64,000 nucleotides of DNA from Camelus dromedarius (taxonomy: Eukaryota): positions 66,962,001 to 67,026,000 of the forward strand of contig NC_087436.1 in NCBI RefSeq assembly GCF_036321535.1, given 5' to 3'. Shown one piece after another: positions 24,377 through 37,460 of the stretch. Position 1 is the first letter of the stretch, and every line of letters begins with the position of its first letter. The notes under the pieces were generated by a model. The model had not been told where the DNA came from and ran no database searches. It saw only the letters and a program-made list of their open reading frames with translations. Both the position numbers and the translations under genes were made by a program.

Positions 24377-27300
24377 TCTTCTTTTCAAATCTCCCAAGTA
24401 GAAATTCACCAAAACCATCTGCACTAAAGAAACAGACAGAAAACCTTCCTTTCATGATACAGCCTATTCTTCTATCATCTGACCTAAATACTTTCTCCCA
24501 CATCCCAAGCCCATTTCTTAAGACTCTTAACTCAGTTTTTACGAGGAACAACTCTTACTACAATTAGCTACATTATTTTTTTTAACTTCAGGATTTTGAA
24601 CACATTATAGATCCTAAATTTCCTATCTGAGATTGCTTCTGGCTGACATTCTAGAAAGCTAAATAAAATGGCCAAAATTATACCTTGTCTTTGTATGAGG
24701 CTCAGGTGGTGCCCAGGTTTCAGGTTTGAAAGTACAGAGAAAAAATTGAGTTGGATTAAAAAGAATTTGTTCTTGTTCCCTCAATCTAAATGTATACCAT
24801 CCTATTAAATACATTAAAAATCAAATTAATGTGATGTTCCTTCATGATACTTAAATCTCATTCAGTTTTTTTTTCTGTGAGTGAACTATCATTTTAGCAG
24901 AGATCTAAATTGCTCTTTAAGTTTTTAAAAATATCTTCTTTACATTTTTGCCTATGACATTTACATAGAATGCACAATCATTCAAAATCTCTTATCTGCT
25001 GGTTTATGTAACCCTTTCTTTTTACAAAAATGAAAGTCAAAATGATATTTCAGTTCTTGAATGGTTATACATATACTGCTGTGAAGTGAAAGCAGCCCAT
25101 GATGTTGGCTGAAGTTTTGTTTGGCTAAAGATATGCTAAAACAGAAAGAATTTCTACAAATAAAATTTTAAAGAAATGCACTCACAAAATTATCCAGGAA
25201 ACTTGAGGAATCAGATAGTGGACCTGTATAAACTTACAAAGACCTCAATGCCTTCATCATATGCGGAAATGAAGTAGAAAAAGACAAGATGATATGGTCT
25301 TTCCTCCTGGCACACAGGCAGGAGGAAGAGCAGTAAGTGAGGAATGAATTTTTAGGATGTAGCATGCTTCGGTCCTTACACGGGTATCACTATGAACCGA
25401 GTCTCCATTTTTTCCATGATACACTGAGACACATTAGGACAAGCAATAGAGTAATTGCTAACCTCAGACACTGGCCTTAGAAAAAAGATTCTCCCCTTAA
25501 TCAGGATATAGTCCACTTTGAATAATGAACACTGTCGTTACGTTTAATGAGGTTAAACATGAAAAGATGAAATAAAACCAATGGGGAACATCCCTCGTTT
25601 ACGCAAATTGCTTCCTTCTTCACTCGTGCTGGCTATGACAATATACCGCAATCTGAAAGACACCGAGACCCAGGAGTGGCAGATTCTACTGTGATCAGAA
25701 GTGGGAATGGAGCAAACAAATGTATTGAAATCTAGATTTTAAACCTCCTGAAAATGGAGATAAGAAATCCATATTTGATTCTGTAATACCATATACAGTC
25801 ACTGGCACACAGTAAGTATGCTAATGCTTATGAATTAATGTTTACAGCGTGTTTCCTCCATTAAACTATGAGCAGCATGGAGTTTGTTTCTCATTTCTCC
25901 ATTTGTAATTTACACAGTACTAGTACAAAGTAGATTTACAATAGATGATATTTGTTGAATAAATGAAGGAAGCCCTAAAATAGTAAGAAAAGTTCAGAAA
26001 TCATAATCCAGGAGAAAAATTAAAATCCAGAACCAGAAATTAAGTCAAGTGTCTAGGGATAAGAACAAGTTCAAATATTGGGTTAATTCCAGAAAACGCA
26101 TCCACAGGATTCTAGCATGTGACTTTTTATTAGGACTTCTAGCACACTGACATATTTAATCCTGGGCATCTTCTAAGTGTTTTTCTGTATCTATTACTAG
26201 GTTGTGTGTATCTGTGTATCTGTGGGTGGAAGTGTTTCTGAGCATGTTAGAGATTTGGGAAACCAAAGAGAGACTGCATCGGGCATGAAAACTACCATCA
26301 GTCCTCTGAGATCAAAGGAGAGATTACAGTCCATTAAGCTTTCAGATTAAAGTTTCACTTAGATTCTATTTTGCTGAAGCCTAAGGAGTATGATTAAACT
26401 TTAGATGGGAGTCTTAAGGTTAAAAATATTCAGTCAGGCCCAGCTTGCTCTAGGCATCCTTGTATTAGTCCTGTGTAATTGTATTGTGTTCAGATTGCTT
26501 TATTCTACAGAAAAGCAACTTTTTTGCTTAGAATCAACTCTGAACAGTATCTGGGATACTCTTCAAAGATGAATTGTAAACTTAGCACAGTTTCTGATTA
26601 AATTCCCAACTGGGGTCTGGGTGTATACACTGAGTTAGAAATAATGGTAAACAACACCGCGATGTAAAGGTTTTTTAGAAAAACACTTACACTTTAATTT
26701 GTTTATTTGGTCACATGTGGACCTTGAATTTACATTCAAGTCAGAGGGAACACAGCTGAGTTTTAAAAAAAACCCTGCACAAGAAGTTAAGTGTTCCAGT
26801 TTGTAAATGAAGATACAAAGTTTACATCATTTCCAAATATTAGCCAATGGACCATAACAAAGTTTTCACTAATTCTTAAAGAAATAAGAAACAAGTAGTA
26901 GGTATTTCATAAAACCCAATACATTCAATTTAATGGATTATTCTTTATTTTGGGATCATATGTTTCTTATTGTTTTAGTATTAGAATTCTCCCTTTTAAT
27001 GAAAGAATAATGATAATAGAGGGTAGTTTATGAGTTTTGATTTAGGGAGGGCTTTGAATTTAATTTTCACATCACTGGTTGATGAGCAGCATAGCTACTC
27101 TGTAATTCTAGGAGATGCTTGTTGGGTTTTGTGTATGAGAAAGAAGGAATGAATGATGCTTCCCAGAATGGACTTGGTCTGGCTGCTGAGGTAAACTGTG
27201 CACAGTTATTTGAACTTCAAGTTCATGTAACTTCAATTATTAATTAGAGCAGAATAGCCAGTGTGTCATATAGAGACGCAGCAAGGTAGAGAACTGTCAA

Positions 27301-28069
27301 GTAGTGTCTCAATATTTAATTTTAAGGGCATATATTCATTATATGGCAACTTATTATCAACTGATTTGGATAACATGGGTTTAGGCAGTTTAGCTTATGA
27401 AAAGGTAGCACTCCCATATCACTCGTAACTAATGTATCCAAATCTTGGAAATTTCATATCCCAAAATAAAATGCATTTATGAAAAGAAGTTGGGTTCCTA
27501 GGTCATAAGTTTCACAAAAGGCTATCCACACATATAATATATAATTAGTACATATGATATTGTTTCCATGAGAAGCACATTTAAAGTTATAACTGAGGAG
27601 GGCTTGTGCTCATTGCTCTTTTATAACAATCTCAAGGATCTGAATCCATATTCTTTTAAATGAGGAAATGTTTCTCTTCCAACCACAGATTTATTTATTT
27701 ATTTATTCATTCATTCAACAATTATACTCATCACCTACCATGCTCCAGAGACTCAACAATGAGCGATTATATATTTCTTAAAGTATACTTATACTTAACA
27801 TACTACCATAGACAGCATACAATCATAAAAATTAAAATGATGTAATATAAAAATTTCATAAAAATGAAAATAACAATCATAAAAATTAAAATGATATAAT
27901 ATAATAAATAAAATGTTATAATATAATAATTATCTTTCTTATAGCTTTCTAAGATAGCTATATGAGGCAGGAAGCTCCAGGATTTTGGAATTCTAGGTAT
28001 ATTCAGAATAGCCACTCCTTAGAGACTGAGACATAAAAATTCTGAGGTCAGTAAAATAAAAAAAAAGAA

Positions 28070-29153
28070 GGGCCCTAATGAAACTTAAAAGCTTTTGCAC
28101 AGCAAAGGAAACTATCAACAAAACAAAAAGACAACTTACAAATGGGAGAAAATATTTGCAAGAGATGTGACCAACAAGAGCTTAATTTCCAAAATACACA
28201 AACAGCTCACACAACTTAATAACAACAACAAAAACCCAATCAAAAAATGGGCAGAAGACCTAAGCAGACATTTCTCTAAAGAAGACATCCAGATGGCCAA
28301 CAGGCACATGAAAAGATGGTCACTATCACTAATTATTAGAGAAATGCAAATCAAAACCACAATGAGGTATCATCTCATACCAGTCAGAATGGCCATCATT
28401 AAAAAGTCTACAAATAAATGCCAAAGAGTGAGTGGAGAAAAGGGAACCCTCCCACACCATTGGTGGGAATGTAAAACTGGTACAGCCACCAGGGAAAATA
28501 GTTCCTCAAAATTTAAACATAGAACTACCATATGATCCAGCAATCCCACTCCTGGGTATATATCCAGAATAAAATGAAAACTACTATTTGAAAAGGCACA
28601 TGAACCCCAGTGTTCATGGCATCACTATTTATAATAGCTGAGACATGGAAACAACCTGAGTGCCCATGAACAGACAATTGGATTACACACACACACACAC
28701 ACATACACACACACAATGGAATATTATTCAGCTATAAAAAAGAATAAAATATTGCCATGTGCAAGCAACATGGATGGACCTAGGGAATATTATACTGAGT
28801 GAAGTAAGTCAGACACAGAAAGGCAGTGTATGATATCCCTTATATGTGGAATCTAAAAATAATATAAATAAATCTATACAACAAAACAGAAACAGACTCA
28901 AAGACACAAAAACAAACTTATGGTTACCAAAGTGGAGGAGGAGAGAGGAAAAATTAGGAGTCTGGGGTTAACAGATACACACTACTATACATAAAACAGA
29001 TAAGCAACCAGAATTTACTATATGGCATAGGGAATTATGTTCAATATCTTATAAGAACCTGTAAGGGAATATAGTCTGAAAAAAACAACAATCACTTTGT
29101 TGTACACCTGAAACTAATACAATATTGTAAATCAACTGTACTTCAATAAAAAG
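28070..29153 (+). mobile_element. 5'-truncated L1 (ORF2 C-terminus and 3'UTR), younger artiodactyl/camelid type, degenerate
   Basis: ORF 28095-28535 contains [34 protein letters not shown] and [13 protein letters not shown] (L1 ORF2p C-terminal). The 3'UTR ends aatcactttgttgtacacctgaaactaatacaatattgtaaatcaactgtacttcaataaaaa. Internal (CA)n at ~28685-28714. Confidence 0.93.
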
Positions 29154-30074
29154 AAACACTTTGAGATCAATTGCTTCATAATTACTGCCTCATAGGTCTA
29201 TGTCTGCCTTATCATAAAATGGATCATGTCTACAATCATGAATGTCATAGAACAATATAACAAAAGTTCTTAATGACATCACTTTAAAGATTGTGATAAA
29301 GAGTGTCTTCCTCTTAGCAACAAATGAACTATGTGTTTTAACAACCACGTGCTTTGGCAGCACAATGGCAACTATTATATTATGAAATTTATGGTTTTAT
29401 TTGACAAAATTACTAACTTCCAAGTAAAACTTTAGAAAGTGCTAACAATGCATATATTTACATCATCAGTAACTAATGAATAACGGACAAAAAATTGAAG
29501 TAAAAATCTGTGATCTAACAGCTAACCTCACATTTCACTATTACCAATTATGACACAGATCAGAAACTAGGAAAACAGAATTTGGTAGAAAAACCTGTAG
29601 AGATGTATTTCAAATAAAATGGAAATAATTGTGATGCTTCAGGAGAAGTTAAATAGAAAGAGAGAAAATAATTATAAGATAGTTAATTTTTATTGAATTA
29701 TTTTAAATACAAAAACAATTTTGGTGACATTCCAAAACCAAAACTTGAACGTTTTTAAGTTTACATGTCATTATTCAATGCCTTTGAGATTAGCAATTAA
29801 CAGATTCACTGCAGAGTGTAGTTGTCACCCACTGACAGATGCATGACTAGCTGACTGTAGATGGGGGCAAGAACTTTCATTTATTGCTACCACACAGTGC
29901 TTTTCTTTTTAAAATCATAACAAGATAAAACCCACTGTTATCTCCCTCATAATATTCTAATAAATTTGAAGGTAGATGTCTTTAAGGACACAAACTACTG
30001 AAAATAATTTCATCTGTAAAGTAACAAGTTTAACAGACAAATATTTAAAAATTGCAATACAAAAACAAAAACAA

Positions 30075-30325
30075 AAACAAACGTGTGGTTACCAAATGGG
30101 AAAGGGGAGTAGGGATAAACTGGAAATGTGGGAATAACAGATACACGCTGCTATATATAAAATAGACAAGCAATAAGGATCTACTGTATAGCATGGAGAA
30201 CTGTATTCAGTATCTTGTAATAACCTATAATGGAAAAGAATATGAAAAAAGAACATATATATATATAACTATTTGAATCACTTTGCTGTAACACCTGAAA
30301 CACTGTAAACCAGCTACCATAAAAG
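30075..30325 (+). mobile_element. L1 3'UTR fragment of the same family as 28070-29153
   Basis: tggttaccaaa...aacagatacac...taacctataatggaaaagaat...gaatcactttgctgtaacacctgaaac. Confidence 0.85.
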
Positions 30326-32301
30326 CAAATGATAACTGAAAAAAACAACTGTTGTAAAAGAGAGTCATCGGTACAGATGAAATGACCACCTTGGAGTTCA
30401 GTGTTTATTGCACATGATTGTTTTTATTAACTACAGAACTAAAGATATTTAAGATTTAGATAACTAAGAAAGCAGGGTTTTCTGTTATGATATTAAGCTT
30501 TATACTATGTGATCTCCTACATAAATTATTGAATGTAAAAAAAAAGACACAGAGATGTTCTGTAAGGAAAACTCTACTAAATGCAATAATAGGCTGAGAT
30601 AATAGAAGAAAAAGCCATGTAAAGAGAAATATTGAGCCTGTGGATCTATTTTTTTCTGAAACTGCTAATTTATTGTATACAATATATAAGATGATTACTT
30701 GCCTTTTTATATGAATGTATAGAAAACACATCTATGAAGGATTGTCGTATGTTCCACGTGCACCTCTTATCAAGTGCAGAGGCAATCACACAGTATGTAA
30801 TACAGGAGGTTAACTAACCTTCTCCAGTCATCAGATGATGCCAGCTATGACATTCAGAAATATTAGGATATCAAACATTTAAACAGTGCCTATATTTCTC
30901 TCGCAGTTCTCCTATGAAGTAAGTCAACATTCTCATCTCTAGAAAGATTCAGTAATTGACTTATTTGGCCTAATTCACAAAAGGAGGCCACTGCAAAATA
31001 AGCTAAATTTAAAAATCTTCTTACCTCTGTGGTTGTAGCTCCATGATAAGGAATGGTCCACAGTATAATAACTGATTCAATTTATAGTTAAAAATAAGTC
31101 AATCTGATTTTGGTATCACCAACTGACCCAGACAACATCCAGATCCTAGTATGTGGGTTTGTTAGCAGTTATTTTAATTTTTTATAAGAAAGTGTTTCAA
31201 TACATGTTAGCTGAGTGTCACATACATCTAAGTCACACTTTGAGTAACAGTTTACATTCTGAACAGAGGCATTATGTAAAATATGGCTTGATTTTTAAAT
31301 CTGTCACTGGCAATGGAGAAAGGAGAAATAAAACATGAATTTATTGCAATAATGAAAAATACTTTTGAACTCCTGAGGTTTTATAAGGATTGCACTAGAA
31401 GCCTAACATATCATTGAATATACAGATTGCTTCTCAGGGTCCACTTAAAACATAATTATTAACTACTTCATTATTTTTATAGACTATTTAAATGCTGTGC
31501 ATCTGAATTTGGAGTTCAAATTTCATTGTTAAAAACCTTTACAAGACTTGAACTTTTTAAAAAATCAGTGAATGGTTATTGCATCTTTGTATCTTGAGTG
31601 TCTAGCACAATTCTAGCACATAGTTTGATGGATAAATACTTGTTGGACAAAATGATGAACATATAAACTATTCAAGAAATTAAGTTCAAAAGCATGACTT
31701 CTAAGTTACATGCAAACTCATATAATTTCAAATCAAAGTGTTCTTTAGAAAATCCACTTGTGCATGTGTGATGCATAGATATAGGGAAAAGTTACACCAT
31801 TTTTTTTTTTTAGAAAACATTCATTCAGTATAACTTTCTGAGATTTTACATGGCTTCATTCTCTGTCCTACTATGTAGCAACAGATGATATTATATAGAT
31901 GTGTAGTTAAAGCATGAGCTAAGTAGATTATTTTGTGTCTCATTTATGTAAATGAAAAGAGATTTCTTTCATTGACCCCTGAGAAAGGTAGATCTGAAAT
32001 CCTCTCCAACCATAGCTTGCATGTCTAGGTCACCTAGTCTCTTCAATGAAGAGCTTGGAATAATCCTAATGTGGCCCACCCAACATATGAGAAACTATGT
32101 ATAGGCTGTAATTTCCAGTGACAGACTAGCTAGTTTTTATTACGGTGCTTTAGACAAAATTTCCAGGCATGTGTAAGAAAACGATTCCTAGGCACTGTTC
32201 CTTATATCATCATGATAAAGGGAAAAATATAGTCATTTATTGTTATTTCTCTGTACCACTGCATCCAGACACGTTTTAAAAGGAGAATAAATTCTTTGAA
32301 T

Positions 32302-32590
32302 AAAGTGTTTCCTAAACTGTGTTCTACTCAATATTCTTCATGAAGGTGTTTATACATACAGTGGGTAAAATGTTTCTTGATCAAAAAATTGAGAGACCTC
32401 CATGGTCATTAATCTATGCAGGCTGAGTATAATGCAACAGGTAGAGAAATACATTGAATTCCATTTCATTTAATATTTTCAAAACTACTTCAGAATAGAA
32501 CCCTTTGACTCAACACATTTCTTTTCTGTTTCAGACTATCTACTAAATCTACTGATCTACTAAAGTAAAACATCACTTTGGGAAATACTG
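32302..32590. mobile_element. hAT-Charlie MITE (MER103-like)
   Basis: Terminal inverted repeats aagtgtttcctaaactgtg and cactttgggaaatactg about 290 bp apart. Confidence 0.55.
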
Positions 32591-32781
32591 GGCATCAATT
32601 CAGAAGTCTTAGCCCTCCTTAAGTTATTTGCTAAAAGACTGTCTTGTTTACTAAATACATATTCATTTTATGGAACGTGCTGTTTGATCAGGAGAGAGAC
32701 ATCTTTCATATTCTTGTTCCCTTTTCTCTGCTGATCACATTATACTTTATTACTCTTTTACAAAAAATAGAAATTGGCACT

Positions 32782-33115
32782 TGTCTTCATTCAATCTGCT
32801 ATAGACAAGGTGGCTGAAACAACAAATATTTATTTCTCACAGTTCTGGAGGTGGGGCAGGACAAGTTCAAGGCACCAGCAGATCTACTGTCTGGCGAGAT
32901 CCTAAATCCTGGCTTGTAGGAAGATACTTTGTTGTATCCTCACATGGCAAGAGAGAAAGAGAGGACGTGGATCTCCCCTGCTTCTTAGAAGGGTACTAAC
33001 CCCATTCTGAGGGGTCTACTCCTTGACATAATTACCTCCTGAAAGCACTTCCTAGTACCACTGCACCAGGTTTTTGACACATGAATTCGAGGACACAAAC
33101 ATTCAGTCCATAGCC
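32782..33115 (-). mobile_element. MaLR solo LTR (MLT1A-type)
   Basis: atttatttctcacagttctggagg...tcctcacatggc...taattacctcc...acacaaacattcagtccatagc, the reverse complement of the MLT1A start gctatggactgaatgtttgtgt. Confidence 0.85.
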
Positions 33116-35589
33116 AGCCATGCTCAATTCATACCTCAGTTCTCAGATTTGACCACCCTACCCAGAACCATAGAACTGATTTCTTCATAGATTTATACAA
33201 GTTCCAACAACCAGTGTTAACACTCCTGAACATATTACAGTCACTTATTCTGTCAGATTTCAGATCAAAGTCAGAACTATAAAAGCAGAAAATGGTCGGT
33301 ATTACAAGAATCTTAATAATTACCAGCAATTCTTTTTCAATGGATGAGTAAACTGAGGTAATTAAGGTTTGGAACCAGCAAATTTAACTCAGCATGAACT
33401 CATGTTGTTATCATTATTGTTTGGTTTTTATTGTTACTGCTGCTGTTTTTGTGGTGATGGTTTTAATAGTTTTATAATATATGAATTCATTAAAAAAAAC
33501 CTCTTTAAAGTACATTGGAAATACAGACCATGTTTGTCTAATAATATGAAGAACCCCAACTATAAAATCCTGTGGTTTGTGTATTATTTCTCACTGTTTA
33601 TGTCCTAAATTTTCCATCTGAAGATGCAAAGAGGGTGCATAAGAGAATCTTACAATATTTTACCGACTGTATATATGACATTGGATCTTCGGTCTCATTT
33701 CCACTTTCAAAGAAGAACACAATATATATGTACATGCCAGGAATGAGCTTCAGGATACTAATGAATAATGCTACCATGAAAATTACTGATGATTGGCAAG
33801 CTAGAAATCACTATCAACATCTGATGACATGACAGCTACCTTTCACCTACCAGATTAATGACATTCTAATATCACTTTTTGGAACCATTTAAATTTTCCT
33901 GATTTTAGCATTGAAATGATATGCTATTTTTATCATAATAAGCTTAATCTATATATTTTACAAATGTTAGAGAATTCTGAAATTATAAGATGATATAAAC
34001 ACAATATATGATCACTGTTAATTACCTTTACAAATACCATTATTCAATCTGGCATCAAAAAAAAAAAAAAAAGCAAACAGTGAAGCAGAGAAGCTTGTTT
34101 AATGAAATTACTTTATCTCTCAGGATTATACTCATCGTTATGCCTTTAATCGTGCAGACTAGAAGAATTTGTGACACCAACTGAATAATCCTTCATTATT
34201 TAAATAATTTGTAATCACAGCACAGCCTGTGATTCTTCGGCTTATTACATATTTGCATGTTATAATCGACTAAAAGTTCATGCATGCCCAACTATACAAA
34301 ATTCTGTTTAAAATGAAATTTCTCCAACAGCTCTGGCAGCTGTCCTGTCCGGACGTATACAGTGTGGAGTGGAATACATGAAGAATTAAGCCAGACGTTC
34401 ATGAAGCATATGCACACTATTTACATTATCTACGTTCTAGATCAAATGTTAAGAAATAAAGCTGAATTGGAATGTATTTTCTGAATAAATTTAGATTCAT
34501 AACCTATGCCATTAAATACTCACAATAACATTCCGGAAGCATTGAAATCATGTAAGGAAATCTCAAATAATGAAAACATTAATCGATATTAAAGACTGTA
34601 AAGACTATTAATCAATAGCAAAGACTGCCTTTCTCTTTTGTTTCTATATCTTTGTATCTATAATTTGCTTCTAAGCAAGAGACTTGGCTTACAGTGCAGC
34701 GTAGGGACTTTCAGAACCAGGTCAGCAATCACAAGGGTGATTTTCTTGGCCTCTAAGGAAACAATGAGCTAACAGAATGCTATTAGTTTTCTGCTTACTC
34801 ATGATAACTAAATGTACACAGGAACATGCAGACAAAGTAGCACAGAGGTAAACAGATACCTGTGTTACAGAACAGAAGGATAATAACCAGAGGATGTAGA
34901 TCACTGACTATAAAGAAGTCTAAAATATAAGAATAGCTGGACATGTAATATAGAATTTATATAAATTTAAATAGAATTTAAATAAATCAAATAGATCACT
35001 CAAATAAAATGATTGAATGCTGAGTAAACTTGATATGCATTGGTAGAAATCAGGCTTCAGAGACAGGATAGAAATTATGCACTGAAACAACTCATTTCAC
35101 TGCACATTTTTGGAATAAAACATTTCACGTTAGTTACGTTAGTAATTATTTTTATATAACTAAGCCAATTTTATATGAGAAGGAAGACAACTTTATGTTT
35201 AGGGAAATGCTTCCTCATCAGAATCTCTAGAGACACTGATTGAAATGATGCCAGGACACTTTTTAAAAGGCTGCTCTCATAGCAGAAATGGCCACCAACA
35301 GCTACAGCTACACTTACACTTCACGGTTGTACTGTCCTTCCTCAGCCCAGCTAGAGATATGGAATCAGTGACAGACAACAGAGCCAAGTGGAATTCATTA
35401 GACTCTATGTGGTCTTTTAAATACAGGCAATCAGATTTGGAGTTGTATGAAAGTGAAGGAAAGGAATCACATTTGCAGAGAGAAGAATGAAGAAATGACT
35501 AGTCAAGAGCAGGGTGACCACTGCCTAGCTCATGAAAGCTTGCCCAATCCTTTGGTTTCATTATTTTAAGAATTAAATTGATCTTGGGT

Positions 35590-35765
35590 TTTTTGAGTTA
35601 ACCAGGCATTGCACTAAACATTGCATCATTATCTCATTCGAATCTTTATAAGAATGTTGTGCAGTAGGTGGTATACAAAACTTACGTACAAATGAGGAAA
35701 TAGAGATACAGAGTGAATAACTTGCTTCACATTAGTTAGTAAGAAGAGCCAGATTCAGAGAGGGG
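35590..35765 (-). mobile_element. MIR SINE
   Basis: ccaggcattgcactaaac...attatctcatt...acaaatgaggaaatagagatacagag...ataacttgc. Confidence 0.65.
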
Positions 35766-35852
35766 GCCCCAGAGTTGTGCATATGTTTGTGCAGGTTGTA
35801 TATTTCACAACTCTAGGGGACATTGTTCAAACTTAGAATCTACTTGAATAGT
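35765..35852. mobile_element. MER91-like fragment
   Basis: gtttgtgcaggttgtatatttcacaactctagggga. Confidence 0.5.
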
Positions 35853-36604
35853 CGAGGCAAGGAATCGAGTCCTGCCTAGCAATGTAATCTCACTATTTGG
35901 CACATAATAGTCTTTTGGTGAAATAACTTGTATAATTAAAGTATTCTTGGTTCAAGTTTGCATGACACCAAGTAAGTAAGAACCCTTACATCCAAACTTT
36001 GATGTCTTTTTCTACTATCTATTTTTTAGCCAAAAATGTACAGCCTTTTGGGTCCAAACAACCACCACTTCCTACAGACTCAGATGCCTAGTTATTTATC
36101 AAACAGTAGCAGATGTGGTTACTGTGAATTTATATTTGAGGCACAGGGCAACATGCTAAAGGTAAAGACAGAAAGACCTTTACACTAGAGAAGCTTACAG
36201 TAGTCAAACACTGGTAACACTATGGAATATCTAATTTTTAGTGTGTTCAATCCACAGGAAGTGCTATATTGATTTCAGCCTAGGAAGTGGTTATCCTTCT
36301 GGGTGGTAATAAGAAGTTTCATGCCATATAACTTAAGCTGGGCCTTGGAAAAGATAATTAGCTTACGATGAATAACATGGAGGGTGGAGGGTAGAATATT
36401 TCAAGTAATCTATGCAAAACACTAGAGGTAGAAATATTTATGAATCCTTTCGGGAGTTAAAAAGAGAGAAATCAGTTCATTTGAGGGGAAGTGTGGTGGA
36501 ATGTAAGATCACAAAGATAAAAGCGCGAGGCTCCAGAGGACAGAAATTCCAGGCTGAGCAGTTTGGACCATCATTTTCTGCATTAGTGCAAGCACTGAAT
36601 GGCA

Positions 36605-36636
<32 letters not shown>

Positions 36637-36789
36637 ATAAGGCAATGAATAGGAAAAGCCTTAAAAAACTTCAAACGTGAGAGGAGTCTTGAGCATTCTC
36701 TCTCTCCCTGCTGCCTTTAATGGAAATAATCAACAGGAATGCTGGATGATTACAGTATATTTTTTCTCTGTGGGAGAGGGAGATTATGT

Positions 36790-37460
36790 ACTCAGGACCA
36801 TAAAGCATTTTGCCTGCAAAATTAATTCAAATTGACTTGCATGGGAGCACTGTCACATGAATTGAAAACAGCTGAAGAATGGTTTGGGAAAAAAAAAAAA
36901 GATCATGATAAACAGCAATCAAACCACTCAGAAAATACCTGTTGTTTGGGCCCTGGGGACCCCTGCAAAGCCCTGTTTTATTTAACATCTTCATTAATGA
37001 ATGGGAAGATGGGAGTAAAAAAAAAATCACTATAGTCACATACGGAAACTGGTGCAAGTATCAGTGAGAGTAGAATGTTTTTCAGAAGGAAAAGGATTTT
37101 AGGCCCAGATTTTACATGGACTAAGTCTTTCACAGAGAAACTTCTAGACAGAGACCCAGAAATCTCCATTTACATAATGGTGAAAAGGAAAATATGAGGA
37201 CCCAATACGAAACAGGTGGGAATTATACTGGGAAATGACTGTTTGATGCACGTGTGTGCACAGGTGTCTCACATCACAGGCAAGGTGATGGTAGCTTGTA
37301 TATGACTCTTTAGAAATGACCTGAAAGTCTGTTCACATTTAAGCTCCCTGCTTGTTATACAGACCAACGGAAAATGTCATCCAAAAGGAATCGGTCAGAA
37401 GAATTAAGCATCCGGGTAGAAAGCTAGACAAGGTGATGAGTCTGGATAACATAGCTGTAC
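36790..37460 (+). mobile_element. CR1/L3 LINE reverse-transcriptase remnant
   Basis: Translates to DLHGSTVT*IENS (36834-36872) and SPVLFNIFINEWEDG (36969-37013), resembling CR1 RT motifs GLDGxTxxWIxNWL and GPVLFNIFINDLD. Confidence 0.7.

Noticed and set aside
28095..28535. 146-aa ORF as a cellular gene or active retroelement
   Set aside because: A frameshifted C-terminal fragment of L1 ORF2 in a 5'-truncated copy lacking EN and RT.
28035..29169. TSD for the 28-29 kb L1 (aaaaattctgaggtca vs aaacactttgagatca)
   Set aside because: Only 12/16 identity and not adjacent to the apparent 5' end, so too weak to call.
31025..31071. Possible EPHA5 exon ending at the strong donor GAG|GTAAGA
   Set aside because: No convincing polypyrimidine tract or acceptor and no Eph-like translation. 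The real exon 2 is at 45467-45531.
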